A DNA stretch of 42,729 nucleotides from a virus, in IMG/VR virus record IMGVR_UViG_3300002481_000002, one strand, 5' to 3'. Position 1 is the stretch's first letter. Each line of letters opens with the position of its first letter. The position numbers were made by a program, and so were the translations under genes. Positions 1 through 9,297 of the stretch are shown piece by piece. The notes beneath the pieces were generated by a model. That model did no database searches. It was given only the letters and a program-made list of their open reading frames with translations, and was not told where the DNA came from.

Positions 1-1047
1 AGTGGTTGTGCTGTGAGTGATAGTGCTACTGATATGACTGTAAGTGTGGCAAGTGGTACGATAAGAAAGGGGAATACGACATATAGTGTGACGAGAGGGA
101 GTTTGGCGATAGCAGCAGCAGATGCAACATACGACAGATATGATACTGTTGTTTATGATACGAGTACAAGTTCATTGACAGTATTGACTGGAACGGCTGA
201 TGCAGACCCAGTGCCACCTAAACCAAATAGTGACCAGTGTTTATTGGCGTTTGTGAAAGTGACGGCGGGAAGTACGAATACAAGTGGCGCTGTTATTGAT
301 TATAGGATGTTTGTGCAGGGAAGTATTGATGCGGATACTGTGGATGGTGAGGATGCAAGTGCTTTTGAGCATGTAAGTAATAAAGGAGTGGCGAATGGAT
401 ATTGTGATTTAGATGCAAGTGCTTTAGTGCCGTTGGCAAGGATACCAAGTACACTTACTGGTAAGGATGCGGATAGTGTTGATGGTTATGAGGGAGCGGA
501 TTTAGAGAAAGTGGCGAATAAGGGTGTGGCTAATGGTTATTGTGATTTGGATAGTAGTGCGCTGATACCTTTAGCGCGGATACCACCAACATTAACAGGC
601 AAAGATGCAGATAGTGTGGATGGAAATCATGCAACAGATTTGGTAGTAAAGGCAGAGACAATGTATTTAGTTTCAGATGATATACAGATTAATGATTCAA
701 CAGAAGAAAGTACTACAAGTTTGACTTATGTTAAGTTAAAAGAGTTTACATTACCATCAGCGTTTCCAAGCAATGCGACTATAAGAGTTTATTTTGAATT
801 AAGGCCAGACGGTTTAAATAAAACTGTATATGGTCAGATATATCGGAATGGCACAGCAGTCGGGACTGAGAGAACAGCTATTAATACAGATTATGTCGGA
901 TTTACTGAAGATATTTCAGGATGGAATCCGGGGGATACGGTTCAATTATATGCGAAGTGCGAGGATTCGTCAGTTCCAGCATATGTTAGGAATTTTCAGA
1001 TACGGGGTAAGGGTGTAGTGAAGTACGACATAACATTAACAGGGTGA
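1..1047 (+). CDS. Tail fibre/receptor-binding-like virion protein, 5'-truncated
   Basis: Frame is open from base 1. Contains 46-aa repeats with DADxVDG and NKGVANGYCDLD motifs typical of fibre proteins, and a beta-rich C-terminal domain (YGQIYRNGTAVGTER...GDTVQLYAK). Confidence 0.65.
   Translation, partial: SGCAVSDSATDMTVSVASGTIRKGNTTYSVTRGSLAIAAADATYDRYDTVVYDTSTSSLTVLTGTADADPVPPKPNSDQCLLAFVKVTAGSTNTSGAVIDYRMFVQGSIDADTVDGEDASAFEHVSNKGVANGYCDLDASALVPLARIPSTLTGKDADSVDGYEGADLEKVANKGVANGYCDLDSSALIPLARIPPTLTGKDADSVDGNHATDLVVKAETMYLVSDDIQINDSTEESTTSLTYVKLKEFTLPSAFPSNATIRVYFELRPDGLNKTVYGQIYRNGTAVGTERTAINTDYVGFTEDISGWNPGDTVQLYAKCEDSSVPAYVRNFQIRGKGVVKYDITLTG
328..624 (+). repeat. 138-bp (46-aa) intragenic tandem repeat, 2 full copies plus a partial third
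   Basis: GAT-GCG/GCA-GAT (DAD) units start at 328, 466 and 604, a period of 138 bp. Confidence 0.9.
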
Positions 1048-1325
1048 TGTATATGAGATATGTTACTGAGTATGAAAGGGGAAGAGAGGATGAGATGATA
1101 GAAAGAATAAAGAACAAGTATAGAACAGCACGGATTATCGAAGTTAGAAATGTTGCAGAAGGAAATTACATAATTTATGAAGTAGATGAATCAGAGAAAT
1201 ATATAGTAGAGAAGTTAAGAGAGATAAGGGAAGAGATTTTGGACAGATGGATAGCGGGAGAAGATGTATCAAGTTTAAAAGAGTTATATTTGCAGCTAAG
1301 GCAAAAATTTCGCGAGGGTGGATGA
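1047..1325 (+). CDS. Hypothetical protein
   Basis: TGATG coupling to the upstream stop; typical codon usage; no recognised motif. Confidence 0.7.
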   Translation: MYMRYVTEYERGREDEMIERIKNKYRTARIIEVRNVAEGNYIIYEVDESEKYIVEKLREIREEILDRWIAGEDVSSLKELYLQLRQKFREGG

Positions 1326-1326
1326 A

Positions 1327-1968
1327 ATGAAGATAATTAAAGATATATTAAGATGGATATTTTCACAAAGAAAGGATTTAGCAGTGCAGTATAGTGGTAT
1401 AGATAGATATACATTAGATGACTTGGATAGAATGTTGGGATACAATGCATTTGATGTATGTACGAGTATATTAGTAAAGGATTTCGACAAAGAGAAGTGT
1501 GGTAGTATATTGGAAAGGATATATGGTGAGGATGTCAAGGTAGAGTATAGTTTAATGGATAGAGAGCAAGTGCTTAGTTTGATTAAAGAGCATGTGGTTT
1601 TCAAGGGATATGTAAAGATAGGGATTTTGTTGTTTGATAAAGAATATGCAGTAATAGAGAGAAAGAATGCAGAGAAAATAGTTAGGTTGGTGGGTGAAGA
1701 GATTGAGATGGCTTTCAATAAAAATAATGCGTTTGTAATAGCTACATATACAGGTTTGGCAACAAAGTTAAATTGGGTTGGAGTTGCAACAGGAATAAGA
1801 GAGTACAAGGATGGGAGCAGTGAAGAGGTAGCGTTTAACATTTTATTAGTGAATGATGGTGGTAATAAGAAGTTATTAGTTTATGAGCCGGACAAGAAGA
1901 GGCTGAGTGAAGACGGGAAGTGTGATGAGTACAAAGTATACTGTGGGGGGATGGTGATATGGGGTTGA
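1327..1968 (+). CDS. Transglutaminase/papain-fold protein, probably catalytically inactive paralogue of the next gene
   Basis: Aligns by eye to 1959..2708 (GVATG vs GIATG, VAFNIL vs HAWNVL, VYEP vs FYEP) but lacks the Cys and His. Confidence 0.55.
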   Translation: MKIIKDILRWIFSQRKDLAVQYSGIDRYTLDDLDRMLGYNAFDVCTSILVKDFDKEKCGSILERIYGEDVKVEYSLMDREQVLSLIKEHVVFKGYVKIGILLFDKEYAVIERKNAEKIVRLVGEEIEMAFNKNNAFVIATYTGLATKLNWVGVATGIREYKDGSSEEVAFNILLVNDGGNKKLLVYEPDKKRLSEDGKCDEYKVYCGGMVIWG

Positions 1969-2708
1969 TTGAAAGAATTGTAGAGTTCTTATATGGAATG
2001 TTTCCAGAGATGGTGAGAGAGGTGGCAAATGAATTTATTGATAAGAGTGATTTAGAGAAAAGAAGAAAAGAGATGTTAAGTGAAGTGGGCAGTGTTTACA
2101 ACTACTATTTACAAAAAGTTAAGTTCAGTTCACTGGAGGATAGGTTAAGTGCAATATTAGTGTTGCATGATATAATGAAGAATGCTTATAGGTTTCGTGC
2201 GTACAAAGTAGCAGATAAAGATGATACTGGAGCAACTGGTTGGGTGCATAATTACATAAGAGCAGGGTTGACATGTGGAGTTGTTTATAATTTTAACATT
2301 GGCGGAGATATTTATGGGATGAGTAAGAGTGAGTATAAGAGATTGATAGATGGCACTTTTATTGATACTTTGAAGTGGGCAGAGGAAGTGTTGGATTGTG
2401 ATAATTTTGCAATAATGTTTAAAGGACTTTGTACATATATGACAGGAAAGAATGTATGTGGGATAGCAACTGGCGGGATATTTACTGATAAGTATTGTAA
2501 TACGAGACCAATTGGATATCATGCATGGAATGTGTTGAATGTAATGGGGGAGAGAAATCCAGATAGCGAAGTTAAGTATAAGTATGATGAGTATAGAATT
2601 TACTTTTATGAGCCACAGAACGATGAATGGTCAAGTGAAGGCAAGTTTGGATGGGGAGATAAGGATGTCTGGTATAAGGCATGTTGTGGGTTTGTGACAA
2701 TGTGGTGA
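1959..2708 (+). CDS. Transglutaminase-like cysteine peptidase
   Basis: DCDNFA (Cys), YHAWNV (His) and YEPQ (acidic) motifs in the order seen in transglutaminase-like catalytic triads. Confidence 0.7.
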   Translation: MGLIERIVEFLYGMFPEMVREVANEFIDKSDLEKRRKEMLSEVGSVYNYYLQKVKFSSLEDRLSAILVLHDIMKNAYRFRAYKVADKDDTGATGWVHNYIRAGLTCGVVYNFNIGGDIYGMSKSEYKRLIDGTFIDTLKWAEEVLDCDNFAIMFKGLCTYMTGKNVCGIATGGIFTDKYCNTRPIGYHAWNVLNVMGERNPDSEVKYKYDEYRIYFYEPQNDEWSSEGKFGWGDKDVWYKACCGFVTMW

Positions 2709-3052
2709 TGGAAATGGTTAATAACAATGACTTAGAACAGCTCAAAATGGATGTGCAGGATATTAAGACGAGATTAAGTATAATGAGCAAAGATTTAGAG
2801 ACTATTAAGAATTTGGCAATTGCTGTGGCGAAATTGGAAGAGGCGAGAGATAACATTGAAAAGGATATAGAAGACTTGAAGGATGAATGCGATGGTCTAA
2901 GGAAAGAGATAAAAGAGACATATAATAAGTTGAGAAATGGTCAGTTGAAAGGGTTAAGAGAAAAATTGAAGTTTAGAGATTATGCGATAGTGACTTTGTT
3001 ATCAGCAGTATTGGCAACGGCAATCACTTTAATAATAGAGGTGTTGTTATGA
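2708..3052 (+). CDS. Coiled-coil protein with C-terminal transmembrane helix (possible lysis/membrane protein)
   Basis: Heptad-rich N-terminal part and hydrophobic tail YAIVTLLSAVLATAITLIIEVLL. Start set at the TGATG overlap at 2708. Confidence 0.65.
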   Translation: MEMVNNNDLEQLKMDVQDIKTRLSIMSKDLETIKNLAIAVAKLEEARDNIEKDIEDLKDECDGLRKEIKETYNKLRNGQLKGLREKLKFRDYAIVTLLSAVLATAITLIIEVLL

Positions 3053-4716
3053 GTTGGGTAGATAGGTTGAAAGGAGTGTTTGAGTTTAAGAAAGAGAAAC
3101 CAGAAATGAAAGTAGACCCATTCTATGTTAGACCGGTTGATAGTTATGTAGGGACGGCTACGGTCAATGATGTGGCAAGAATACCAATGTTGCCTTTCAA
3201 TTTCAGATTTTGCTACGACATGTACTATTATTCAGATATTTTAAGGACTGTGATAAGAGCATTGACATGGGAGACGGTAAGAAACGGATTGATGATAGTA
3301 CCAAAGTGGGTGGCAAAGTGTCAGAGTTGCGAAGAGGAATTAAGTGCTGTGAGTGATGTGTGTCCAGTATGCGGAAGTGATAAGATTGTAAAACCGAATA
3401 CAATGGAGAAAAGAGTTTTAAAGCAATGGCTGGAGAGATGCAACACAAATAATGAGAATTTAATTGATGTGCTTTTGGCATTATTGACAGATATTAATGT
3501 AACGGATAATGCGTTTGTGGTGGTGATAAAGGAGTATGAGTTTAATGGCGATGGAGAGGTTGAGAGTGCAAAGGTGAAAGAGATACTGCGAGGAAGTAAT
3601 GTTTTCATAAAAATGATAATTAACAGCAATGGCAAGATGGGAATGACTGACGATGGGCGAGTGGTAATGACTTGTTTAATGCATAGAGATAGGGCTGAGT
3701 ATGTGCCAGTGGATATGGTTGAAGAGGCAAGGTGTCAGGTTTGTGGTAAGAAGATGTATGTAGCGCATTATGTAATGCATATGGGGACAGGATTGGGAAG
3801 TGTAAGGGCGACAATGGAGCAAGGGAAGACGATATATTATACAGCAGGCGAAGTGTTGCATGTTAAGAAGTTTACTTCTGGAATAGGATATGGATTTAGT
3901 CCGGTAATGAGCATTTGGATGAAGTTGATGGTTTTGATGAAAATGGATTACTTTGTGCTTACGAGTTATCATTTGCAAAGAACACCTAAAGGTATTTTGA
4001 TTTTGAGAGGCAATAGAGAGAGTATTGCAAAGGCATGGAAGGATTTGGAAGAGAAGGCAAGGCTTAATCCGAATATGGTGTATCCTTTGGCAGTCGAGGG
4101 AACGGATTTAACAGCAAGCAAGAGGGTGGCAGAATGGATTGATATGACAGTTAAGAGTCAAGAGATTGATTTTATTGCATATAGAGAAGAGTTGAGAAGG
4201 ACAATTGGTGCGTTGTATGGAGTGCAGCCAATTTTTCAGGGCGACTTAAGTACTGGAGCTGGACTAACGAATCAAGGATTGCAGATAACAGTGACAAATA
4301 GGGCAGTGGAGATGGAGCAGAGATTAGTAAATGAGAAGATATTGAAGTGGATTTGTGAGCAGTTAGGAGTAAGTGATTGGTTAATACAGTTGAAGCCACA
4401 CGAGGAGAAAGACCTACAGGCACAGATACATAGAGAGCTTATGAGAATACAAAAGGCTGAGAGGTTAGTGGCACTTGGCTATAAGGCAAAGATGAAAGAA
4501 ACTGAAGATGGAATAGACTTTGATTTTGAGGAAGGTGGTGAGATTAGTCAAGAGGAAATAAGGCAAAGGGCGAGGGCGAGAGAGAATGCAAGGTTAGAGG
4601 ATGGCATTATTAATGAGGAACAGTTTTTTGAGGGCGAGCCAATATGGAGTGGTGAGAGAAGAACAGAGCAAAGAGTGGAAGGTGAGCCAATGTTACCAAG
4701 TCGGCGGGAGAGTTAA
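3049..4716 (+). CDS. Portal protein with Zn-ribbon insertions
   Basis: Portal-like motifs YGFSP and IGALYGVQP, 555 aa, located before gpF/protease/MCP. CQSC..CPVC and CLMH..CQVC insertions. Confidence 0.85.
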   Translation: MSWVDRLKGVFEFKKEKPEMKVDPFYVRPVDSYVGTATVNDVARIPMLPFNFRFCYDMYYYSDILRTVIRALTWETVRNGLMIVPKWVAKCQSCEEELSAVSDVCPVCGSDKIVKPNTMEKRVLKQWLERCNTNNENLIDVLLALLTDINVTDNAFVVVIKEYEFNGDGEVESAKVKEILRGSNVFIKMIINSNGKMGMTDDGRVVMTCLMHRDRAEYVPVDMVEEARCQVCGKKMYVAHYVMHMGTGLGSVRATMEQGKTIYYTAGEVLHVKKFTSGIGYGFSPVMSIWMKLMVLMKMDYFVLTSYHLQRTPKGILILRGNRESIAKAWKDLEEKARLNPNMVYPLAVEGTDLTASKRVAEWIDMTVKSQEIDFIAYREELRRTIGALYGVQPIFQGDLSTGAGLTNQGLQITVTNRAVEMEQRLVNEKILKWICEQLGVSDWLIQLKPHEEKDLQAQIHRELMRIQKAERLVALGYKAKMKETEDGIDFDFEEGGEISQEEIRQRARARENARLEDGIINEEQFFEGEPIWSGERRTEQRVEGEPMLPSRRES

Positions 4717-4756
4717 TTTTTTATATTATTAAGTAAGATGTTAGTGGGGTGATGGT

Positions 4757-5065
4757 ATGGGTGAAGTTGTGCATGGTGTTGTGAGTATAAAGCTTATAGG
4801 TGCAGACGAGACTTCTAATCAAAGTATTGTTTTAGATACCGATGGGAGAAGATTGCTTGGTGTGTATGCAAGTGCAGATACTGCTACGACATTTACATTG
4901 GAAGGTAGTGATGACTTAACAAATTGGCATACTGAGTATACTTCGGCTTCTGCCGAGACATCATATAAAGATGTGTTATGGAATCCATGGCGTTATGTGC
5001 GATTAAGTTCTGCAGCGGCTGGCTCAGCTGGAGATACGGTAACTTTAAAATTATCAGCAAAGTGA
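4757..5065 (+). CDS. Small beta-rich putative virion protein
   Basis: Sits in the head module; Ala/Ser/Thr-rich composition like other structural proteins. Confidence 0.55.
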   Translation: MGEVVHGVVSIKLIGADETSNQSIVLDTDGRRLLGVYASADTATTFTLEGSDDLTNWHTEYTSASAETSYKDVLWNPWRYVRLSSAAAGSAGDTVTLKLSAK

Positions 5066-5069
5066 TAGT

Positions 5070-5591
5070 ATGCAAAGCGTGTCTTTGATTAGGACAATAT
5101 TATTAAAGAAAATAAGAGATGGGTATGCGTTTTCAGTCTCAAAGAGATATGAGGCTGTAGCAGCAGATGATTCTGTATACATGTATTTTAAAAATCCTTC
5201 AACAAATACAAGGACAATATATATGGTTGCGGTAGAGTGTTCATCAAATGCACAGGGATGGGTTGATGTATACAGAAATGTTAGTGTAACGACTCCAGGG
5301 ACAGCAATAACTCCAATTAATTTGAATCTTGGAAGTAGCATTACATCATCAGTAGAGGTTAGGTATGGGGGCGTGTATGATACAACAGGGGCAACGAAAG
5401 TTCATGAGACAGTTGCTCCGGGAGGAACTGGAGTGCATGCAACAGGATGGGTTGCAGAGGTTGGAGAAGCGGTCTTAATACCACCAGATGACTATGATTT
5501 ATTATTTGTTTATACGAACAAGAGTGGAGCAGCAGAGGATATGAGTATTAGAATGATTTGGTGGGAAGAGGAGGGGGTAATAGTTAAATGA
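5070..5591 (+). CDS. Putative virion structural protein
   Basis: Head-module position; Thr/Gly/Val-rich beta-strand pattern. Confidence 0.55.
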   Translation: MQSVSLIRTILLKKIRDGYAFSVSKRYEAVAADDSVYMYFKNPSTNTRTIYMVAVECSSNAQGWVDVYRNVSVTTPGTAITPINLNLGSSITSSVEVRYGGVYDTTGATKVHETVAPGGTGVHATGWVAEVGEAVLIPPDDYDLLFVYTNKSGAAEDMSIRMIWWEEEGVIVK

Positions 5592-6253
5592 GATTGAAAG
5601 ATTTATTTACTGAAATTGGTAAGGAAAGTTTCAAGTGGTTTACGACGGTAGTTGATGATTTTGATTATTTGGTTTTGAAGAAAGGATTTCACAGAGCAGT
5701 GCGGAAATATGACAAAGATTTTATTAAGAAAGTGTTGGAAGATACAAGATTTTGGGACAAGTATGAAGGAGTGGGGAAGGGCAAGAGTGCATTGATAAAT
5801 AAAGTGTTAGAGAAGTCAATTTTATCAGGTGATTGGGTAAACAAGGAGAAAGTGGTGAGGAGGATAATGGCATTAGGTATTGATAGGAAGCAGGCGGAAA
5901 TGATAGCTGTGACAGAGTTAGCGAACTTTGCTAACAGAGTGCGGGAGGAGATATACAAGAGTGAGACGAGGGTGAGATATTTTAGATACATTACTGAAGA
6001 TGATGTTAGAGTATGTGAGAAGTGTAGAGAGGTGGCAAGGAGAACGAGTAAGGGGGTGAGTTTAGAAAGGTTAAGAAAGATAATATATGATGTGACAGGT
6101 GGCGAGGCAAGAGGATATCAGACTCATCCTTTATGTCGATGCGCGATAGTAAGGGCGTATATGAAGGAAGATATTATGCAGTCATGGGAAAAGGGTAAAG
6201 TGCCAAGTGCGGTAAAGTTTATAAATAAGAAAGTAGAAATAGAGAGGGGGTGA
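5588..6253 (+). CDS. Head morphogenesis protein (Mu gpF/SPP1 gp7 family)
   Basis: Motifs RYITEDDVRVCEKC and HPLCRC, both characteristic of the family. Confidence 0.85.
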   Translation: MRLKDLFTEIGKESFKWFTTVVDDFDYLVLKKGFHRAVRKYDKDFIKKVLEDTRFWDKYEGVGKGKSALINKVLEKSILSGDWVNKEKVVRRIMALGIDRKQAEMIAVTELANFANRVREEIYKSETRVRYFRYITEDDVRVCEKCREVARRTSKGVSLERLRKIIYDVTGGEARGYQTHPLCRCAIVRAYMKEDIMQSWEKGKVPSAVKFINKKVEIERG

Positions 6254-6486
6254 TTGACATGTATGATATGATTGCGTATGTGGTTACTGCAATTGTGATA
6301 ATTTTAGGATATTTTGGTCTACTTAGGAAAGTGAAGAGTTTGCTTGATATGCTTAGAGAAGTGGGAGAGCTTCTTATAACATTGGTTAGTGCTATGGAAG
6401 ATGACAGAATTGATGAAGATGAAGTGAAGAAAATAATTAAGGAAGGAAGAGATGTGATTGAAAAGGTCAAAGAAATAATTGGGTGA
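6250..6486 (+). CDS. Small membrane protein (holin-like)
   Basis: N-terminal TM segment IAYVVTAIVIILGYFGLL and charged C-terminus. Confidence 0.55.
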   Translation: MIDMYDMIAYVVTAIVIILGYFGLLRKVKSLLDMLREVGELLITLVSAMEDDRIDEDEVKKIIKEGRDVIEKVKEIIG

Positions 6487-6490
6487 TTGT

Positions 6491-7912
6491 ATGAAGTTGA
6501 TAGTAAAGGATATGGATGAAAGGTTAGTGGAAGGTTTTGCGAGTGTAGAGATTGAAGATGCTCAGAGTGATATTGTGCCAGTCGAGGAGATGAAAAGGGC
6601 AATGATTAAATTTATGGATAGGGGAGGGCATTTGGTTTATGGGCATGGTAATAAGATTGTTGGCAAGGTTCTTTCATGGTGGATAGATAAGAATGAAGCA
6701 ACGGGCAAGTTAGGTGTGAAGATTTTGGCTAAGATAAATAAAGACTATGCGATTGATGATGCTGTATGGAAGGCAATAAAGGAGGGAAAGATAAAAGGTT
6801 TTAGTATCGGTGGGCATAGTGAAAAGGAGTTGAAAGTGATAAAGGAGAATGGTCAGAGTAAAGAGGTTAGTGTGTTGAGAAACATTCAACTTGGCGAGAT
6901 TAGTCTTGTAGAGAATCCAGCCAACTTGGCGGCATTGATTGAAGATATTAACGAATTTGCAAAGAGTGTGTCTATTATTGATAAGTATGGTGTGGATAAA
7001 GAGATGTTTGATTTGGAGAAGGCGACGATTAATGAATGTGAAGTGTGCGAGGTGATTAAAGAAGATTACAAGAATGAAGTGGCGAGTGTGATATATGGAC
7101 AGAGTTATGACCTTTTATCAAGTATAGAGAAGAGCATTGTGGATGGTGTAATGGATAAATTTACTGATATGTTGGCATTGATGGGAGCAATGGTTAGCAA
7201 GGAAGAGGTGGAAAAAGAGCTTGAAGTGAGTGATGAAAGTGTAAAAGAGCTAATAGGAAAAGAAATTGATTATGTGATGGGTGAGATTGAGAAGGCAAAG
7301 TATCCATGGGAGCAGTGTATTAGAGATATGAAGGAGAGGTATGGAAGTGAGGAGAGGGCGAGAAGGATATGTGGTGCAATTAGATGGAGGGCGCAGAGAA
7401 AGAAAGAGATGATGGCAAGAGAGAAAGAGTTGAAAGATGCATTGGAGAATGTGCGAAAAATGGCTAAAGAAATTGAGAGTGTTGTTAAGAGAAGAGAGGC
7501 GGAAAAGGAAATTGAGAAGACATTGAGTGTTATTGATGAGATATTGTTAAATTTAAAGAAAGAAGAGATTAACGAGCTTTTGAAGGAAATGGAAGAAATA
7601 AAGAAACCAAATGACCTTAGACCGCCAAAAGAATTTTGGGATAGGTGTATGGATAAACTTAATAATGAAAGATTGTGTGGTTGGGTCTACTATCACCACT
7701 TAAGACCAAAGCCGCCAAAAGGCGCAGAGGACGAGCCGAGTACAAGAGAAGCCAGACAGAGAAAAAGAGAATGGCTCTCACAGAAGAAGAGTGATGATGT
7801 ATTAGATAGAATAATGAGCAAAATTGCGCGAGGCGAGAAATTATCAGAAGAGGAAGAAAGAATTTTATCAGCAGCAATCGATGCAGTTAAGGATGAAATT
7901 GGCAAGAGTTAA
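6491..7912 (+). CDS. Prohead (capsid maturation) protease, XkdF/S78-like, with long C-terminal extension
   Basis: VEGFAS..DAQSDIV, HGNK, IKGFSIGG and EISLVENPAN motifs. Confidence 0.85.
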   Translation: MKLIVKDMDERLVEGFASVEIEDAQSDIVPVEEMKRAMIKFMDRGGHLVYGHGNKIVGKVLSWWIDKNEATGKLGVKILAKINKDYAIDDAVWKAIKEGKIKGFSIGGHSEKELKVIKENGQSKEVSVLRNIQLGEISLVENPANLAALIEDINEFAKSVSIIDKYGVDKEMFDLEKATINECEVCEVIKEDYKNEVASVIYGQSYDLLSSIEKSIVDGVMDKFTDMLALMGAMVSKEEVEKELEVSDESVKELIGKEIDYVMGEIEKAKYPWEQCIRDMKERYGSEERARRICGAIRWRAQRKKEMMAREKELKDALENVRKMAKEIESVVKRREAEKEIEKTLSVIDEILLNLKKEEINELLKEMEEIKKPNDLRPPKEFWDRCMDKLNNERLCGWVYYHHLRPKPPKGAEDEPSTREARQRKREWLSQKKSDDVLDRIMSKIARGEKLSEEEERILSAAIDAVKDEIGKS

Positions 7913-7956
7913 ATGAAATGAAGTAGATAGTATTAAGTTTTAGATGGGGTGGTGCT

Positions 7957-8706
7957 ATGAATAGTTTAGATTATGCATATTTAGCAGGGGCGATAGATGG
8001 AGATGGTTATATTTTCTTAGCAAACTATTATGTAAAGGACAAAAAATATAGTTATCCAAGAGTCGAGCTAATATCATTAGATAAAGAATATTTAGAAAAA
8101 ATAGGAGAGAAATATGCTAAGTCATATAGTATAAGGAAAGGAAAAAGGTCTTGGAGATTAGCATTTGGGTTGAAGGACAGCAAGGAGATTTTATTAAAAA
8201 TAAAGGATTATAGTGTTTTAAAATGGAAAGATATCAGTGATGTGTTAAGAAATAAGAGACCAAAAAGAGAAAGAAATCCCAGTACTAAGATATGGAGTAA
8301 AATGAAAGATGTTGAGAGGCAAGCATATTTGGCGGGTATGTTAGATACAGATGGATGTATAACTATTATACGACAAGGTGAGAGGGGTTTTAGAACTGAT
8401 ATAAGAATATTTCAGAAAAATAAAGAATTTTTAGAAATGCTACACAATGAGTATGGTGGCTCTTATAATGAAATGCAATGGAGGATTCCAATAAAAGAAA
8501 TCAAACGAATGGATGTCTTCAAAAGAATGTTGATGAATGATAATAAGAGAAAAAGATTAGAAATTTCAAACAAGATAAGATTACTTGGAAAAGAGGGATT
8601 CGAAAAAAAGGTAGAATTATTTCAAGATTTTAAATTAATTAATCATAAATATAGGAGTAGTCTAATAGAAAAGTACAAAAGTGTTAACAGTTGTGGTAAA
8701 TTATAA
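7957..8706 (+). mobile_element. Free-standing double-motif LAGLIDADG homing endonuclease
   Basis: YAYLAGAIDGDG and QAYLAGMLDTDG motifs; more AT-rich than the flanks. Confidence 0.9.
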
Positions 8707-8709
8707 ATA
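8701..8709 (+). promoter_or_regulatory. Candidate archaeal TATA box upstream of scaffold/MCP
   Basis: TTATAAATA 45 nt upstream of the ATG at 8746, which has a GAGGTG RBS. Confidence 0.35.
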
Positions 8710-8745
8710 TGTGAAAGGATAGAATAATAATGTGAGGTGGTGGCG

Positions 8746-9291
8746 ATGGTGAAGAAGAAAGAGATTAAGAAACAGGAAGAAGAAGAGAAGAAGCCAGACG
8801 AAATGGAAGAGGAAGAGGAAGAAGAGAAGACTATGGTGAACGACAAGATAGATGAAGTTATGGCGAAAGTGACAGATTTGGCTAAAGTGGTTTCTGAGCT
8901 TGCGCAGGCAGTTAAGAGTGCAGTTGAAGTTCATGAAGGGATTGCAGATGTTGTTGGCAAAAAGATTGAAGAGGCGATGGAGAAGCAGATTGAGACTTTG
9001 AAGGAAGTATTTAAGCCGCCAGAGGATGCGAACAAAGAGGAAGAGAAGAAGAAGCCAGAAGAGCCAAAGCCAGCAGAGGGTGCGGATGAAGTAGAGTATA
9101 AAGATGAACATCTACAGCCAGAGAGTTATGATACAGAGAAGAAGATAGAGAGTGTGGAGAAGGTCAAGACACCAGAGCCAGCGGTGGGGAGTGAGATTCC
9201 AAAGAGCGGAAGTGAAGTTGACAAACTTATTGAAGAAGTGCTGAAGGGTAGAGTGACAATTGGTGAGCTTCCAAAAAGGTTGAGAGGGTGA
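8746..9291 (+). CDS. Capsid scaffolding protein
   Basis: Glu/Lys-rich coiled-coil and Pro-rich tail, directly upstream of the MCP. Confidence 0.75.
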   Translation: MVKKKEIKKQEEEEKKPDEMEEEEEEEKTMVNDKIDEVMAKVTDLAKVVSELAQAVKSAVEVHEGIADVVGKKIEEAMEKQIETLKEVFKPPEDANKEEEKKKPEEPKPAEGADEVEYKDEHLQPESYDTEKKIESVEKVKTPEPAVGSEIPKSGSEVDKLIEEVLKGRVTIGELPKRLRG

Positions 9292-9297
9292 TGTGTT

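Noticed and set aside
7913-8745. Group I or archaeal BHB intron around the LAGLIDADG genes (also 21625..22323)
   Set aside because: Flanking genes end and start with intact termini and their own RBSs, and no structured intron-like flanks are visible.
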